Positions 13,275 through 27,455 of a stretch of DNA of 64,000 nucleotides are shown one piece after another; position 1 is the first letter of the stretch; every line of letters starts with the position of its first letter. Position numbers and translations under genes: made by a program. Source of the DNA: Eledone cirrhosa (Eukaryota); NCBI GenBank assembly GCA_964016885.1, contig OZ024747.1, positions 93,868,001 through 93,932,000 of the forward strand. Direction: 5' to 3'. A model generated the notes under the pieces. It made no database searches, had not been told where the DNA came from, and worked only from the letters and a program-made list of their open reading frames with translations.

Positions 13275-14011
13275 CATGTGGAGGTATGAGTACATATTCG
13301 CGTGTGTACGTATGTGTATATGTGTTTTTATATGTGTCTATATGTTTTTGTGTATGTATGTGGATGTATTTGTACATGGGTGTGTGATTGATGGTGTGTG
13401 CCTATATATTCTTACACATGCCCGTGTGTCTATGTACGTATATACGCACATATGTGGATGGACGTAGAAAAATTCTTCAGAAAAAAAAAATTATTTACGA
13501 ACTTGGCAGGTACGATTTGCCTGTGACCATTCTCAACACAAAAGCAATACTAAAAGCTTTTTCCCCTGAATAAAGGAATTTTTCGAGAATGACCGGGGCA
13601 GGCCGCACTTGCTACATTTCTCCCCACCCAACCCTACTCACCGTCTCAACTCATTACTGCTATTAACACTTTTTCAACACACCTACACCCATACACTTAT
13701 TAAAGGGGGAGAAAAGAAACCCCCACCACACCACAGACATGTTAAATCCCTATATATAGAACAACACACCACATACACATCAGTTTGACAAGCGCACCTC
13801 AGCGTGAAAGGTCGTTCTAAAAACGAAACAATACCTCCTACGTTAACCAAGAACTCCTAAGACCTAACCAACAACCAACAACTTAATTTATAAAATAATT
13901 TTTTTTAAGAAAAAATTTTTTTCTAATCCGGAAAAAAATTCTTTTAGGATTTTGTGAAGAAAATAAATTTGTTGAAAGCACAAGTGAAGCCATTTTTTCT
14001 TCCCCCCTGTC

Positions 14012-14017
<6 letters not shown>
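12598..14017 (+). mobile_element. Probable highly truncated PLE with inverted terminal segment
   Basis: ~145-bp inverted repeat 12600-12748/13872-14017 with (TA)n flank; possible GIY-YIG tail at 13460-13573; HHR-like motif at 13785-13818. Confidence 0.45.
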
Positions 14018-14100
<83 letters not shown>

Positions 14101-14115
14101 GTATATATATACATA

Positions 14116-14165
<50 letters not shown>

Positions 14166-14173
14166 TATGTATG

Positions 14174-14209
<36 letters not shown>

Positions 14210-15279
14210 TAATCCTTAGTCACTTTATAATCCTTAGACACTTTATTTCACATTGCTCCATATATAATCCTTAGTAATATATTGATATTTGATTATCTCT
14301 ATACACATGTGTATGTGTATTAACATGCATATAAAAGTGTTATAGGTTTTTTATGATTGTATATATGTCTGTATGTATATATGAGCGATGCGGGAAGACG
14401 CACGCAAATATTTATTTATACATATATATGTGTATATATATATATATGTATATCTATGTGTGTGGGTAAGAGATATGTTGCTTAACCACGCAGTTTTGAT
14501 TGCAGATATGCATAATTTTAACAGAATGTTAAATGCATGAATGGTAACCATATAAATGAAGACATGAATGTTAATCGTATATATTTATGTATATATACTG
14601 TGAACTTTTTTATAACACAAGGAATGTATAGCAGTGATTAAGAGAAATCGTCTGCGTTTTATATGTCTATATTGTTGACTTGAGTAAATATATTTTCAGG
14701 ACGTGCGCATATATATATATATTTGTGTGTCTTTGCCTAAGATACTGATTTCTCTAGCATTTTGGTTGATTAAACCCAAATTTTGGTATATTGATCTCAA
14801 GTTTTAAACTAAACATGTAGTCATTATTGAACAATGTTTAATTTCTCATATTATATATTTATGTCGAATTCATGAATATTAATATTTATATTTTTATTAT
14901 TCATTTCATATAAATTGTTAACTCAACTTAATATGACATGACGTAAAGTTTTTCATTATTTCCCCCTCTCTCTATATAATATTTCTCTCTCGTGAGTTTT
15001 CCTATCTGTCTGATGACTTAATATCTCTCTGTTGCTTTCCTCTGTTTTTCTTATTTCTTATTTTTTCCTTTTTTCTTTCTTTCCTCCTGTCTTTATTTAT
15101 CTCTTTCTTTTTTCTCCATGCATCTCTCTCTCTCAGATACGTTTTTTCTTTCTCTCTCTCCGTCTTTCTCTTTCTCTCCGTCTTTTTCTAATTGTCCTTA
15201 ACACTATGACTTATTAAAATAATATAAACAACTCACTATCCGGATGGCTTCCAAAAATAATGGTTGCATTTTAATAGGG

Positions 15280-15418
15280 TACGTCAAAGCTTATTTGTAA
15301 AACTGTTATATATTGTATTTTGTCTGATGAAGGCATACCATAATTTAATTTGGTATCCCTGAAATATGTATAATGAAATAAATATGGTTTTATAAATATA
15401 GTTTCCATTTATTAATAT
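15280..15418 (+). ncRNA. Hammerhead-like motif of the second Hydra-type PLE pseudo-LTR
   Basis: CTGATGA 15324-15330, stem II agg.atacca/tggtat.cct, GAAA 15361-15364, tatgTA; other copies at 31303, 35005, 52376, 55802(-), 59742, 61218(-). Confidence 0.6.
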
Positions 15419-15869
15419 CGTATGTATATATATATATATATACCCAGATGTCACTAAATCTCTTTCTCTCTCTAACAGACCTCACTCTGTCATGTCTGAC
15501 TGTCTCGCTGACCCATCCCAATACCGATGTCCAGCTCTCCATTCTCTACATCATCCTACTGATGGTCAAAGAACCAGTTATTAGACTATCCCTGTCAAAG
15601 GGCAAAGGAGCTCTTAAGAGTCAATGGCCATCCAAAATCACCGGGAGAGATGACCCCTTAGCCTTTGTCAAGGCAGAATTCTAGGAGAAGGTAAACTCTG
15701 ATATAACACCTGCAACCCTGATGGTATCCAATGATGTTGACTTGTTCTTCTTTTTGGTAAATATCATCTTGGTTAAGAAAGTGGGACTGGCTTTGTGCAG
15801 TGCCTTGGCTCACTATAAAAGCTTCACGGCACAGGTATTGCTTTATATCTGGAGATCTCTCTGCACTTG

Positions 15870-16050
15870 TCATCACGGGGTACAATGGGCCCAGCACTAT
15901 GTGTCAGTAATTGTCACAAGTGTAGTGTTTGTACCAGAGTTTTCAAATCGCTAGCTGGACTAAAAAGTCACACTCGTTCAGCGCATCAGTATGGGTTCTC
16001 CTACATGGATATAAAGTTATGGCCGTACTCGAAAACGAGTTGGCAGCCAC
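15870..16050 (+). mobile_element. LINE 3' fragment with C-terminal C2H2-like motif
   Basis: CSVCTRVFKSLAGLKSHTRSAH followed by a short UTR and microsatellite. Confidence 0.45.
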
Positions 16051-16099
16051 CATGTATGTATATATGTATGTATGTGTGTGTGTATATATATATATATAT

Positions 16100-16488
16100 G
16101 GAGGCACATGGCTTAATAGTTAGAGCATTGGCCTTGCAATCGAAAGGTTGTGAGTTCAATTCTCAGACCGGGTGATGTGTTGTGTCCTTGAGCAAGACAC
16201 TTTATTTCACATTGCTCCAGTTTACTCAGCTGTAGAAATGAGATGATAGGCACTGGGGTCCCTATCATTCCACTGTAAAGTGGTCGTGGAGGTGCCACAG
16301 CAAAAAAGTACCCAGCACTCACTGTAAAGTGGTCGTGGAGGTGCCACGGCAAAAAAGCACCCACCACTCACTGTAAATGAGGTTGGTGTTAGGAAGGGCA
16401 TCCAGCTGTAGAAATCAAGCCAGAATCAGTTGCCGTCCCACCCTTGCAAGCAGGGAAAAGCGGACGTAAAATGATGATGATGATGATG

Positions 16489-16490
<2 letters not shown>
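16100..16490 (+). mobile_element. CORE-type tRNA SINE with RTE-derived tail
   Basis: A box tggcttaatagttag, B box gagttcaattctc, CORE gtgtccttgagcaagacact, (tga)n tail. Confidence 0.9.
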
Positions 16491-16524
<34 letters not shown>

Positions 16525-16934
16525 GTATATATATACATATATAATGCCGGGTTCTTCTACGTGGAAAAGTCGTTCTTGTCTTGTCTGTTGCTGTTTCTGG
16601 CACTCCTCGTCAAGCTGGTGCTCGCCGTGCCGCCCGTAGGAAGAAGGGTGGGTGCCATACGGAACGGCTGGGTGAGGGGTCACAGAAATCCCCCCTTGGG
16701 TCACCCCCGAAGAGATGGAACTCCTCTGAAATACCTAAATACTCGGCAATATATATATAAACCCAGACACGTTCCATCATCCATTTTTCTAAAAAAATAA
16801 ATCATACACACAACACCAGCATCAACAGTTTTCCAAGAGATGTCAACATGAATAGACCTGTTATTTTTATCTAAAGACATTTTTTCCAATTAAAACCCTG
16901 CCCGTCCCCTCAATCTAACTTATTTCTCATTCTT

Positions 16935-16970
16935 TCTTCTGATGAAGGACTAGCGTCCGAAATGTTAAGA
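16935..16970 (+). ncRNA. Minimal type I hammerhead (PLE pseudo-LTR remnant ~16770-17055)
   Basis: tctt CTGATGA a ggac-tagc-gtcc GAA ATGT T aaga. Confidence 0.7.
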
Positions 16971-17073
16971 CCCTCTTCCTGCTATATCAAGCGTTAACCT
17001 AATATATCCCTTCCATATACTGTACTGATTGTGTTGTTATTTCTGTTTACCTTTTACATATATATATATACAT

Positions 17074-17130
<57 letters not shown>

Positions 17131-17267
17131 TTTTTTATTTTATAGAAGGAGCTTCTACAGGACTAGTACTGTTTCATTCAGATGAAATCTTACTTTAAAA
17201 ATTTTACTCTGCCATGTATTGAGTACCTTACTTACTGTGGTTATCCCCGACTCAACCCGGGACCTAC

Positions 17268-17676
<409 letters not shown>

Positions 17677-18039
17677 AAAAAGGGATGAAATCGAAAATGC
17701 AACTGAAGTCTTATTTTTTAAAAAAATATATATATTTATTTGGTTCCTTTACCGGTTTCGCAGTTCTTCTGCTTTTCAAAAGGTGAGTTGAGATGGAGGG
17801 TCTGTGGTTTTTCTCACATCTGGTTGGTCTCTAAATGTTACTTGTTTTATATGGAAAAACTGGCTCGAAAACCAGGTTTTTCGAGAAGTAATTTGATTGG
17901 TTTGTCAATAATTATAATAAATTTCGCGCCAGTTCGCGTTACAATAGTTCTTCAAATAAGAGAGGGGGGGGGGGGTTGTCACAGGTTGTTTTTTCATATA
18001 TGAGTGTTTGAATTTCTTTTTACTTGAAATTCAAGGTAC

Positions 18040-18655
18040 GTCCAATATTCTATCATATATCTCAACACACAACCCAAGAAATGCGGAAGCTTACAACACT
18101 ATTCACAATAACATCCCACTACTAAAACAAAACCCAAGAATGAAAAAAGCCCTTGAAACACACAAAATAATCAAAAGCAAAAGACAACCAAAATCACTGA
18201 AAACATTACTCACCAATGCCAAATTACCTACCACAAACCCACAACCAAGTATCAAAAAATGTGGTCGCTCTAATTGTGGAACCTGCACTCACCTCATTGA
18301 AGGCAACACGTATACATTTAAATCAGGACAAAATTTTACTGTAAAAAATCACTTCACTTGCTCATCAAAAAATCTAATTTATGCCATTAAATGTAAAGGA
18401 TGCAATGAAGATTATATAGGACAAACTAAACTCACACTCAGAAACAGAATGACAGTTCATCGCCAACAATTACGAGATCCAACCACGAGACAAATACCAC
18501 TAAGTGCACATCTAGACATTTGCGCAAGTAATAAGACACCCAAATTCCAAGTCTTCCCATTTTACCTTTGCGCTAACAATACAACAGAACAAATGCGAAT
18601 AAATAAGGAAAATATGTTTATTCAAAAATATAGACCAACATTAAATAAGGTTTAA
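18040..18655 (+). pseudogene. PLE GIY-YIG endonuclease C-terminal fragment
   Basis: CGRSNCGTC linker, NLIYAIKCKGCNEDYIGQT..RMTVH..SAH (CCHH), E..FI..LN. Confidence 0.9.
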
Positions 18656-19148
18656 TATACATTATGTCAACACCACAATATGACATACACACACACACAT
18701 AACACCTACTTTAGAAAATAAAAACCCGAACTAAATAAACCTTAAACATACGTTTGCACTGGCAATACAACAGCAAACACGAAAAAGTCAGGAAAATATG
18801 TTCATTCAAAAATATTCCTACTAAAGGAATCATTTTCCTACACACACACATACACACACACAAAATATATATATATATATATATATTCTCTTCATCTTAA
18901 CATGCTAACCATACTCCCACACACATAACACCCATACACACACATAAAAAAACCCCCACACCTACAACACCCTCCCCATTTCTACTAATAGAACCACTTT
19001 CCTACACACATATATATATACACACACACAAAAAATATATATTCTCTCTATCTAACATACTCGCACACACACACATAACACCCATATACACACACACACA
19101 ACTCCCTCCCCCATCTCTACTAATAGAATCATCTTCCAATACACATAT

Positions 19149-19181
<33 letters not shown>

Positions 19182-19690
19182 AGCACACAAATAAACACAT
19201 ATCTTCAGTCTCAATAGAAAATCTGAACTCTGACACCTGAACTCTGACAGCTGGCCATATTCACTGAACCAGAACATTTCTCCCAATCCCTTTTCCCTTG
19301 ACCACTATCTCTCCATTGTCATAACATTCACTATAAAGACTACAGAATAGTTTTCCAAATAAGGGCGCAAAAATGTAATGAAAACTTGTTCACATGACAG
19401 CCAAATTTCATTTATAACCAACCAAAAAAAGCCTTCGTGAGCCTCATTTTTTCAAGTAAAAAGAAATTCAAACACTCATATATGAAAAAACAACCTGTGA
19501 CAACCCCCCCTCTCTTATTTGAAGAACTATTGTAACGCGAACTGGCGCGAAATTTATTATAATTATTGACAAACCAATCAAATTACTTCTCGAAAAACCT
19601 GGTTTTCGAGCCAGTTTTTCCATATAAAACAAGTAACATTTAGAGACCAACCAGATGTGAGAAAAACCACAGACCCTCCATCTCAACTCA

Positions 19691-19728
19691 CCTTTTGAAA
19701 AGCAGAAGAACTGCGAAACCGGTAAAGG
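19691..19728 (+). ncRNA. Minimal hammerhead, U3-A8 core variant
   Basis: cctt TTGAAAA gcag-aagaa-ctgc GAA ACCGGT A aagg; inverted copy at 17746-17783. Confidence 0.75.
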
Positions 19729-19860
19729 AACCAAATAAATATATATATTTTTTAAAAAAATAAGACTTCAGTTGCATTTTCGATTTCATCCCTTTTTCTT
19801 TATACTTCCACTCGTGTAGGACACCTCGGTTATTTTTCATTTTGTAAAAAAAAACCTCAC

Positions 19861-19902
<42 letters not shown>

Positions 19903-19903
<1 letters not shown>

Positions 19904-20274
19904 AATGAAGTAATTCCATCGGAAAAGTCCAGGAAAAAAGAGTGCTCTATGTAAGCAACAGAGCTTAATTATTATTATTATGTAATAAACAACATAAGGC
20001 AATTATTCCATTTACCAGTGGTTTCTTAAAAGCAAAAGGTTTTGCTTTCAATCCTCAGAATGAAAAATCCTGGTTTGTTTATTGAATATGGATTCTAAAA
20101 ACGAAAATGCAATCTATATGAAAGTGAGGCTGGAAAAGGGAGAAGGAAAGGAAAAATAAAATAAAATAAAACTACACATGCAAACACACACAAAAAAACC
20201 CAAAAGCATACTTACACACACACACATATATACACATATAATTTGCACGCATACACATATACACATACACATAC

Positions 20275-20343
<69 letters not shown>

Positions 20344-20444
20344 CACATACATACACATATATATATATAAAGAGCGTACACCTACACACACATACACATA
20401 TATATACACACATATACACATACATATATTCATACATACACACG

Positions 20445-20480
<36 letters not shown>

Positions 20481-20502
20481 TATATATACACATGTACATA
20501 TC

Positions 20503-20548
<46 letters not shown>

Positions 20549-20571
20549 CATATACACACATATACACATAT

Positions 20572-20607
<36 letters not shown>

Positions 20608-21003
20608 GTGTGTACAAGCCTACACATACACACACACATATATATACACACACATATACATACATTCACACAAACATACAACGTACATACATACACATAC
20701 ATGAATGCACTCCACTACATATTAACACACGCAAATAAATATAAGAAAAAAATATATAAATAATATTAACAAATATTTGACAGCGATACATGCCCCAGCT
20801 AACAGGACAGACACGCGTGGTAAGTAATACACACATAAGCGCATATACATACGTTCGAAATAGTAAACACATACACACACTCTCACACATAAATATACAT
20901 ATACAAATACATAAACACGTACATACACATACATACGCAAACACGTACACGTATACAATATAAACACACACATGTATATGTAATTATATACACACACACA
21001 CAC

Positions 21004-21060
<57 letters not shown>

Positions 21061-21345
21061 CATACAAAAATATAAAAATATAAACGCACACACACATATA
21101 AATACGTAAACACACATATACATACATAGCTAAACAATTAAACACATGCAAATACGTATATATCAAAAGAACGCACAACCAAATACAAACACACACACAT
21201 ATATACACACACACACACCCACACACAAACCCACACATACATAAAAATAAATAAAAACACACGCAACATATACATACATACACGTACATATACATATATA
21301 CATATATACATATACATATATATATATACACATATATATACACAA

Positions 21346-21379
<34 letters not shown>

Positions 21380-23016
21380 ACGTACACATACACACATGCA
21401 TACACATACACACACACATATACATGTGTGTATGTGTAAAGCTCAGTATTAGATAAGACAAATGAACCTTACATAAACGTATATATAGTAGTAAAGTAAT
21501 AAAGCCATACAAGGCAATTAATCCATTCACCAGAGGTTTCTTAAAAGCAAAAAAAGTTTCCTTCAATCTTCAGAATGAAATATACAAATATATACACACA
21601 TACAGACACGCACACACACATATATATATATATACATATATACATATATGTACATATATATATATATATATATATACAGACATATATACATACACACATA
21701 TACACACACATACATATACATACATACATACACATATATATACATACACAAACATATACGTACACATATACATATATACACACAAAAATACATACACATA
21801 CACATAGGTATGTGAAGGGCAAAACAAAAAGAATATATGGGGTGGGGGGCCTAGAGGAGGTAAAAATATAAAGGGAGGTAAGGGAGAAAAAAATATTTTT
21901 TAAATACAAGAGTACAGAAGGTAGAAGCAGCAAAATAAAAGCCGTAGCAAAAGTAAAGAGCAGAGAAGGAGTTCAAGGCGGTTGATTTATCGTAGGAGTG
22001 TCAATCCAGTTACAGATCAGATGCGATTTCAGATGAGGACAGCATCTGAAGATCTCAGTCTTAGAGTTAAGGCAAGCGGAAGTGTCTCTCAAGTTTAGCA
22101 AAATCCTATACTTTTCTGTGGTACACAAAGAACAATTCTTTGTGCCCCTTTGGTACTCCCTCGAATGGTCTAATATAGACCAATCAATAGAGTACGGGAT
22201 ATTACTATCCTTGAGATCCCATACCTTACTTGCGAGGGCCGTTGATGTTCGTTTATCTGAGTGTTTAAAAGAAGCGACATGTGAGTAAAATCTGGTTTTA
22301 AACCTGTCCTGGGTCATACCGACATATCGCTCGCTTCTGGCTGGCTGGTTGTTGATAACTGGCGTTATTTTAGCCTCATAAACGACAGATTTTGTTTTAC
22401 ATTTACCCTGCAATGGGCATTCATCCGGCTTCCTGCAACTGCATCCTGGATTTATCCTCGTACGGTTTGAACTGGTGATTTTGGATTTCATGGATGGACA
22501 ACAAGAGTAGCTGATCTTAACTACATTCCTATTAAAAATCTTATAATATCTATGAATAGGAGGAAAATGTTTGTCTAATAGTTCAAGGAATTTCCTTCCT
22601 ACATTAGTTTTGACATTTAGAGAGAAGGGGGGTGTGAACCAAATAATCTTCCTTTTCCTGTTATTATGGTTAGTTTTAGGGGGGGGGAATAGGTAAATAA
22701 GAAATATTTTCTGTAAAACCGCTGTTCTTAAGGGCTTTATTATAATAAGGGGCGGCTTTATTAAAAATGTCTATAGACGAAGATAAAGTAGAAATCCTAC
22801 GGCTAATGTTAGGAATAAGATTATTAAAAACTATAGGGGGATGGCAAGACTCTTTGTGTATATACCTAAGATTTTCATTAGGTTTATGATAGGGTTTAAA
22901 AGAGGCAGTAAGTAGATCAAGATTAATATCAAGAAAGTTAGCATTAGTAAGGTTCGTATCTATAGTAATTTTAAGGTTAAGATTAGCAAAGGTACTAATT
23001 AAATCTTTACGGAATT
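19903..23016 (-). mobile_element. Inverted 5'-truncated duplicate of the PLE 3' half
   Basis: Near-identical reverse complement of 24515-27550 plus extra pseudo-LTR sequence; poly-G at ~22679 has one extra base. Confidence 0.95.
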
Positions 23017-23146
23017 TTTTGTGTGTGTTTGCATGTGTAGTTTTATTTTATTTTATTTTTCCTTTCCTTCTCCCTTTTCCAGCCTCACTTTCATATAGAT
23101 TGCATTTTCGTTTTTAGAATCCATATTCAATAAACAAACCAGGATT

Positions 23147-23206
23147 TTTCATTCTGAGGATTGAAAGCAAAACCTTTTGCTTTTAAGAAACCACTGGTAA
23201 ATGGAA
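23147..23206 (+). ncRNA. Type I hammerhead ribozyme in 5' pseudo-LTR
   Basis: tttcatt CTGAGGA ttgaaagcaaa-acct-tttgcttttaa GAA acc-act-ggT A aatggaa; predicted cleavage after 23199; copies at 27456-27515, 20006-20065(-), 17364-17423(-). Confidence 0.85.
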
Positions 23207-23425
23207 TAATTGCCTTATGTTGTTTATTACATAATAATAATAATTAAGCTCTGTTGCTTACATAGAGCACTCTTTTTTCCTGGACTTTTCCGATGGAATT
23301 ACTTCATTTATACAGCTCCAACCGGGATTGATCGCAGCATATTCGATATTACATATACGATTGGCACTTTCCAGCCCGATTAGTTGAGCACTCTACAGTT
23401 TTCAGGAATTTAACCAACATACACC

Positions 23426-25558
23426 ATGGACCTTTATGATTTGGATTATTCTATCAAAAACATACCCACTCCTTCCAACACAACATACACCAAAATCCTC
23501 ATTGATAAAATCGAGCAAGTCGTTAAAAGAATGAGATGGAAGGCAATGGTTTACGATGGACTATTCAGTGCTGATACTAAAGATAATTTTGACATTAAAT
23601 CCCGTAAATATCCACCTAGAATTAAAGACATGGCCAACTTCGAATTAGACCTCGTTAATCTAATTAGTGATATCAAATTTCGTAAGTACAATAATAATTT
23701 TCAAACTAAACTTTCTCACGATATCTCTAATTTTAGAAATTCTACAAACACTTTTGTTCTTTCTGATAAAACCAAAAACCTCTTTGAAGTTAATAGTAAT
23801 TTGTATAACCAACTTTTAACTAATAGTATTACCAATAAATATCAATTAACTAATAATAATAGCTACAATACTATCAATAAAGAAGCTAAAGAACTAGCTA
23901 GTTCTTTACAAATAGATAACCGGATTGAAAGCTTAGCTAAGCGTAAAGAATATATTACCCTTAAAGACCATAAATTGGACTTTACTAATCGACCTAGTTG
24001 TAGACTGATTAACCCGGCTAAATCCGAGGTTGGCCTTGCTAGTAAGAAAATCTTAAGAAAAATAATTATCCAAATTAGAACTAACACTGTCCTTTCACAG
24101 TGGCTAAATACTTCCTCTGTTATTTCTTGGTTCAATAATATACAAGGTAAAAATAAGTGTAGATTTACGCAATTTGATATTGTCGATTTTTACCCTTCTA
24201 TTACCGTTTCCTTATTAACTAAAGCCTTAGATTTTGCAAGACCCTTCATTAATATCTCCAAATTAGAAGAGGACATTATCTTTCATGCCAGAAAAACTTT
24301 ACTTTTTACTAATGATAAGATTTGGGTTAAAAAGTCAAACCCTGAAAACTCTTTCGATGTTGCAATGGGTTCTTATGACAGTGCGGATGTGTGCGACTTA
24401 GTAGGATTATTCCTTCTCCACACACTCAAAGAGAAATTTCCGTCCCATAATATCGGTTTATACCGTGATGACGGATTAGCAGTTTCTCATACCACCAATG
24501 GCCATAATCTTGATAAATTCCGTAAAGATTTAATTAGTACCTTTGCTAATCTTAACCTTAAAATTACTATAGATACGAACCTTACTAATGCTAACTTTCT
24601 TGATATTAATCTTGATCTACTTACTGCCTCTTTTAAACCCTATCATAAACCTAATGAAAATCTTAGGTATATACACAAAGAGTCTTGCCATCCCCCTATA
24701 GTTTTTAATAATCTTATTCCTAACATTAGCCGTAGGATTTCTACTTTATCTTCGTCTATAGACATTTTTAATAAAGCCGCCCCTTATTATAATAAAGCCC
24801 TTAAGAACAGCGGTTTTACAGAAAATATTTCTTATTTACCTATTCCCCCCCCTAAAACTAACCATAATAACAGGAAAAGGAAGATTATTTGGTTCACACC
24901 CCCCTTCTCTCTAAATGTCAAAACTAATGTAGGAAGGAAATTCCTTGAACTATTAGACAAACATTTTCCTCCTATTCATAGATATTATAAGATTTTTAAT
25001 AGGAATGTAGTTAAGATCAGCTACTCTTGTTGTCCATCCATGAAATCCAAAATCACCAGTTCAAACCGTACGAGGATAAATCCAGGATGCAGTTGCAGGA
25101 AGCCGGATGAATGCCCATTGCAGGGTAAATGTAAAACAAAATCTGTCGTTTATGAGGCTAAAATAACGCCAGTTATCAACAACCAGCCAGCCAGAAGCGA
25201 GCGATATGTCGGTATGACCCAGGACAGGTTTAAAACCAGATTTTACTCACATGTCGCTTCTTTTAAACACTCAGATAAACGAACATCAACGGCCCTCGCA
25301 AGTAAGGTATGGGATCTCAAGGATAGTAATATCCCGTACTCTATTGATTGGTCTATATTAGACCATTCGAGGGAGTACCAAAGGGGCACAAAGAATTGTT
25401 CTTTGTGTACCACAGAAAAGTATAGGATTTTGCTAAACTTGAGAGACACTTCCGCTTGCCTTAACTCTAAGACTGAGATCTTCAGATGCTGTCCTCATCT
25501 GAAATCGCATCTGATCTGTAACTGGATTGACACTCCTACGATAAATCAACCGCCTTGA
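23426..25558 (+). CDS. PLE reverse transcriptase + C-terminal GIY-YIG endonuclease, 710 aa, intact
   Basis: FDIVDFYPSI, AMGSYD, LYRDDGL, FLDI RT motifs; CSC..CPL..C linker; VVY..YVG; CSLC..E; LN..E. Confidence 0.95.
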   Translation: MDLYDLDYSIKNIPTPSNTTYTKILIDKIEQVVKRMRWKAMVYDGLFSADTKDNFDIKSRKYPPRIKDMANFELDLVNLISDIKFRKYNNNFQTKLSHDISNFRNSTNTFVLSDKTKNLFEVNSNLYNQLLTNSITNKYQLTNNNSYNTINKEAKELASSLQIDNRIESLAKRKEYITLKDHKLDFTNRPSCRLINPAKSEVGLASKKILRKIIIQIRTNTVLSQWLNTSSVISWFNNIQGKNKCRFTQFDIVDFYPSITVSLLTKALDFARPFINISKLEEDIIFHARKTLLFTNDKIWVKKSNPENSFDVAMGSYDSADVCDLVGLFLLHTLKEKFPSHNIGLYRDDGLAVSHTTNGHNLDKFRKDLISTFANLNLKITIDTNLTNANFLDINLDLLTASFKPYHKPNENLRYIHKESCHPPIVFNNLIPNISRRISTLSSSIDIFNKAAPYYNKALKNSGFTENISYLPIPPPKTNHNNRKRKIIWFTPPFSLNVKTNVGRKFLELLDKHFPPIHRYYKIFNRNVVKISYSCCPSMKSKITSSNRTRINPGCSCRKPDECPLQGKCKTKSVVYEAKITPVINNQPARSERYVGMTQDRFKTRFYSHVASFKHSDKRTSTALASKVWDLKDSNIPYSIDWSILDHSREYQRGTKNCSLCTTEKYRILLNLRDTSACLNSKTEIFRCCPHLKSHLICNWIDTPTINQPP

Positions 25559-25950
25559 ACTCCTTCTCTGCTCTTTACTTTTGCTACGGCTTTTATTTTG
25601 CTGCTTCTACCTTCTGTACTCTTGTATTTAAAAAATATTTTTTTCTCCCTTACCTCCCTTTATATTTTTACCTCCTCTAGGCCCCCCACCCCATATATTC
25701 TTTTTGTTTTGCCCTTCACATACCTATGTGTATGTGTATGTATTTTTGTGTGTATATATGTATATGTGTACGTATATGTTTGTGTATGTATATATATGTG
25801 TATGTATGTATGTATATGTATGTGTGTGTATATGTGTGTATGTATATATGTCTGTATATATATATATATATATATATGTACATATATGTATATATGTATA
25901 TATATATATATGTGTGTGTGCGTGTCTGTATGTGTGTATATATTTGTATA

Positions 25951-26009
25951 TTTCATTCTGAAGATTGAAGGAAACTTTTTTTGCTTTTAAGAAACCTCTG
26001 GTGAATGGA
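25951..26009 (+). ncRNA. Second hammerhead-like motif in the 3' UTR, G at cleavage position
   Basis: tttcatt CTGAAGA stem II GAA acctctggT G aatgga; copies at 21522-21580(-) and 29587-29646(-). Confidence 0.65.
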
Positions 26010-26151
26010 TTAATTGCCTTGTATGGCTTTATTACTTTACTACTATATATACGTTTATGTAAGGTTCATTTGTCTTATCTAATACTGAGCTTTACACATA
26101 CACACATGTATATGTGTGTGTGTATGTGTATGCATGTGTGTATGTGTACGT

Positions 26152-26183
<32 letters not shown>

Positions 26184-26468
26184 TTGTGTATATATATGTG
26201 TATATATATATATGTATATGTATATATGTATATATGTATATGTACGTGTATGTATGTATATGTTGCGTGTGTTTTTATTTATTTTTATGTATGTGTGGGT
26301 TTGTGTGTGGGTGTGTGTGTGTGTATATATGTGTGTGTGTTTGTATTTGGTTGTGCGTTCTTTTGATATATACGTATTTGCATGTGTATAATTGTTTAGC
26401 TATGTATGTATATGTGTGTTTACGTATTTATATGTGTGTGTGCGTTTATATTTTTATATTTTTGTATG

Positions 26469-26529
<61 letters not shown>

Positions 26530-26925
26530 GTGTGTGTGTGTGTATATAATTACATATACATGTGTGTGTTTATATTGTATACGTGTACGTGTTTGCGTAT
26601 GTATGTGTATGTACGTGTTTATGTATTTGTATATGTATATTTATGTGTGAGAGTGTGTGTATGTGTTTACTATTTCGAACGTATGTATATGCGCTTATGT
26701 GTGTATTACTTACCACGCGTGTCTGTCCTGTTAGCTGGGGCATGTATCGCTGTCAAATATTTGTTAATATTATTTATATATTTTTTTCTTATATTTATTT
26801 GCGTGTGTTAATATGTAGTGGAGTGCATTCATGTATGTGTATGTATGTACGTTGTATGTTTGTGTGAATGTATGTATATGTGTGTGTATATATATGTGTG
26901 TGTGTATGTGTAGGCTTGTACACAC

Positions 26926-26961
<36 letters not shown>

Positions 26962-26984
26962 ATATGTGTATATGTGTGTATATG

Positions 26985-27032
<48 letters not shown>

Positions 27033-27054
27033 GATATGTACATGTGTATATATA

Positions 27055-27090
<36 letters not shown>

Positions 27091-27191
27091 CGTGTGTATG
27101 TATGAATATATGTATGTGTATATGTGTGTATATATATGTGTATGTGTGTGTAGGTGTACGCTCTTTATATATATATATGTGTATGTATGTG

Positions 27192-27246
<55 letters not shown>

Positions 27247-27455
27247 GTATGTGTATGTGTATATGTGTATGCGTGCAAATTATATGTGTATATATGTGTG
27301 TGTGTGTAAGTATGCTTTTGGGTTTTTTTGTGTGTGTTTGCATGTGTAGTTTTATTTTATTTTATTTTTCCTTTCCTTCTCCCTTTTCCAGCCTCACTTT
27401 CATATAGATTGCATTTTCGTTTTTAGAATCCATATTCAATAAACAAACCAGGATT

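Noticed and set aside
12669-13467. Many [12 protein letters not shown] ORFs here and at 20-21, 26-27, 32, 39-41, 52 and 60 kb
   Set aside because: Translations of (TA)n/(CA)n microsatellites
16100-16172. tRNA gene
   Set aside because: tRNA-like SINE head with no complete cloverleaf
16525-16725. GC-rich segment with short ORFs on both strands
   Set aside because: No recognisable motif or splice support; left unassigned
17145-17195. HHR-like GAAACAGTA motif on the minus strand (similar at 42190-42232)
   Set aside because: No CUGANGA or UUGANAA core in register
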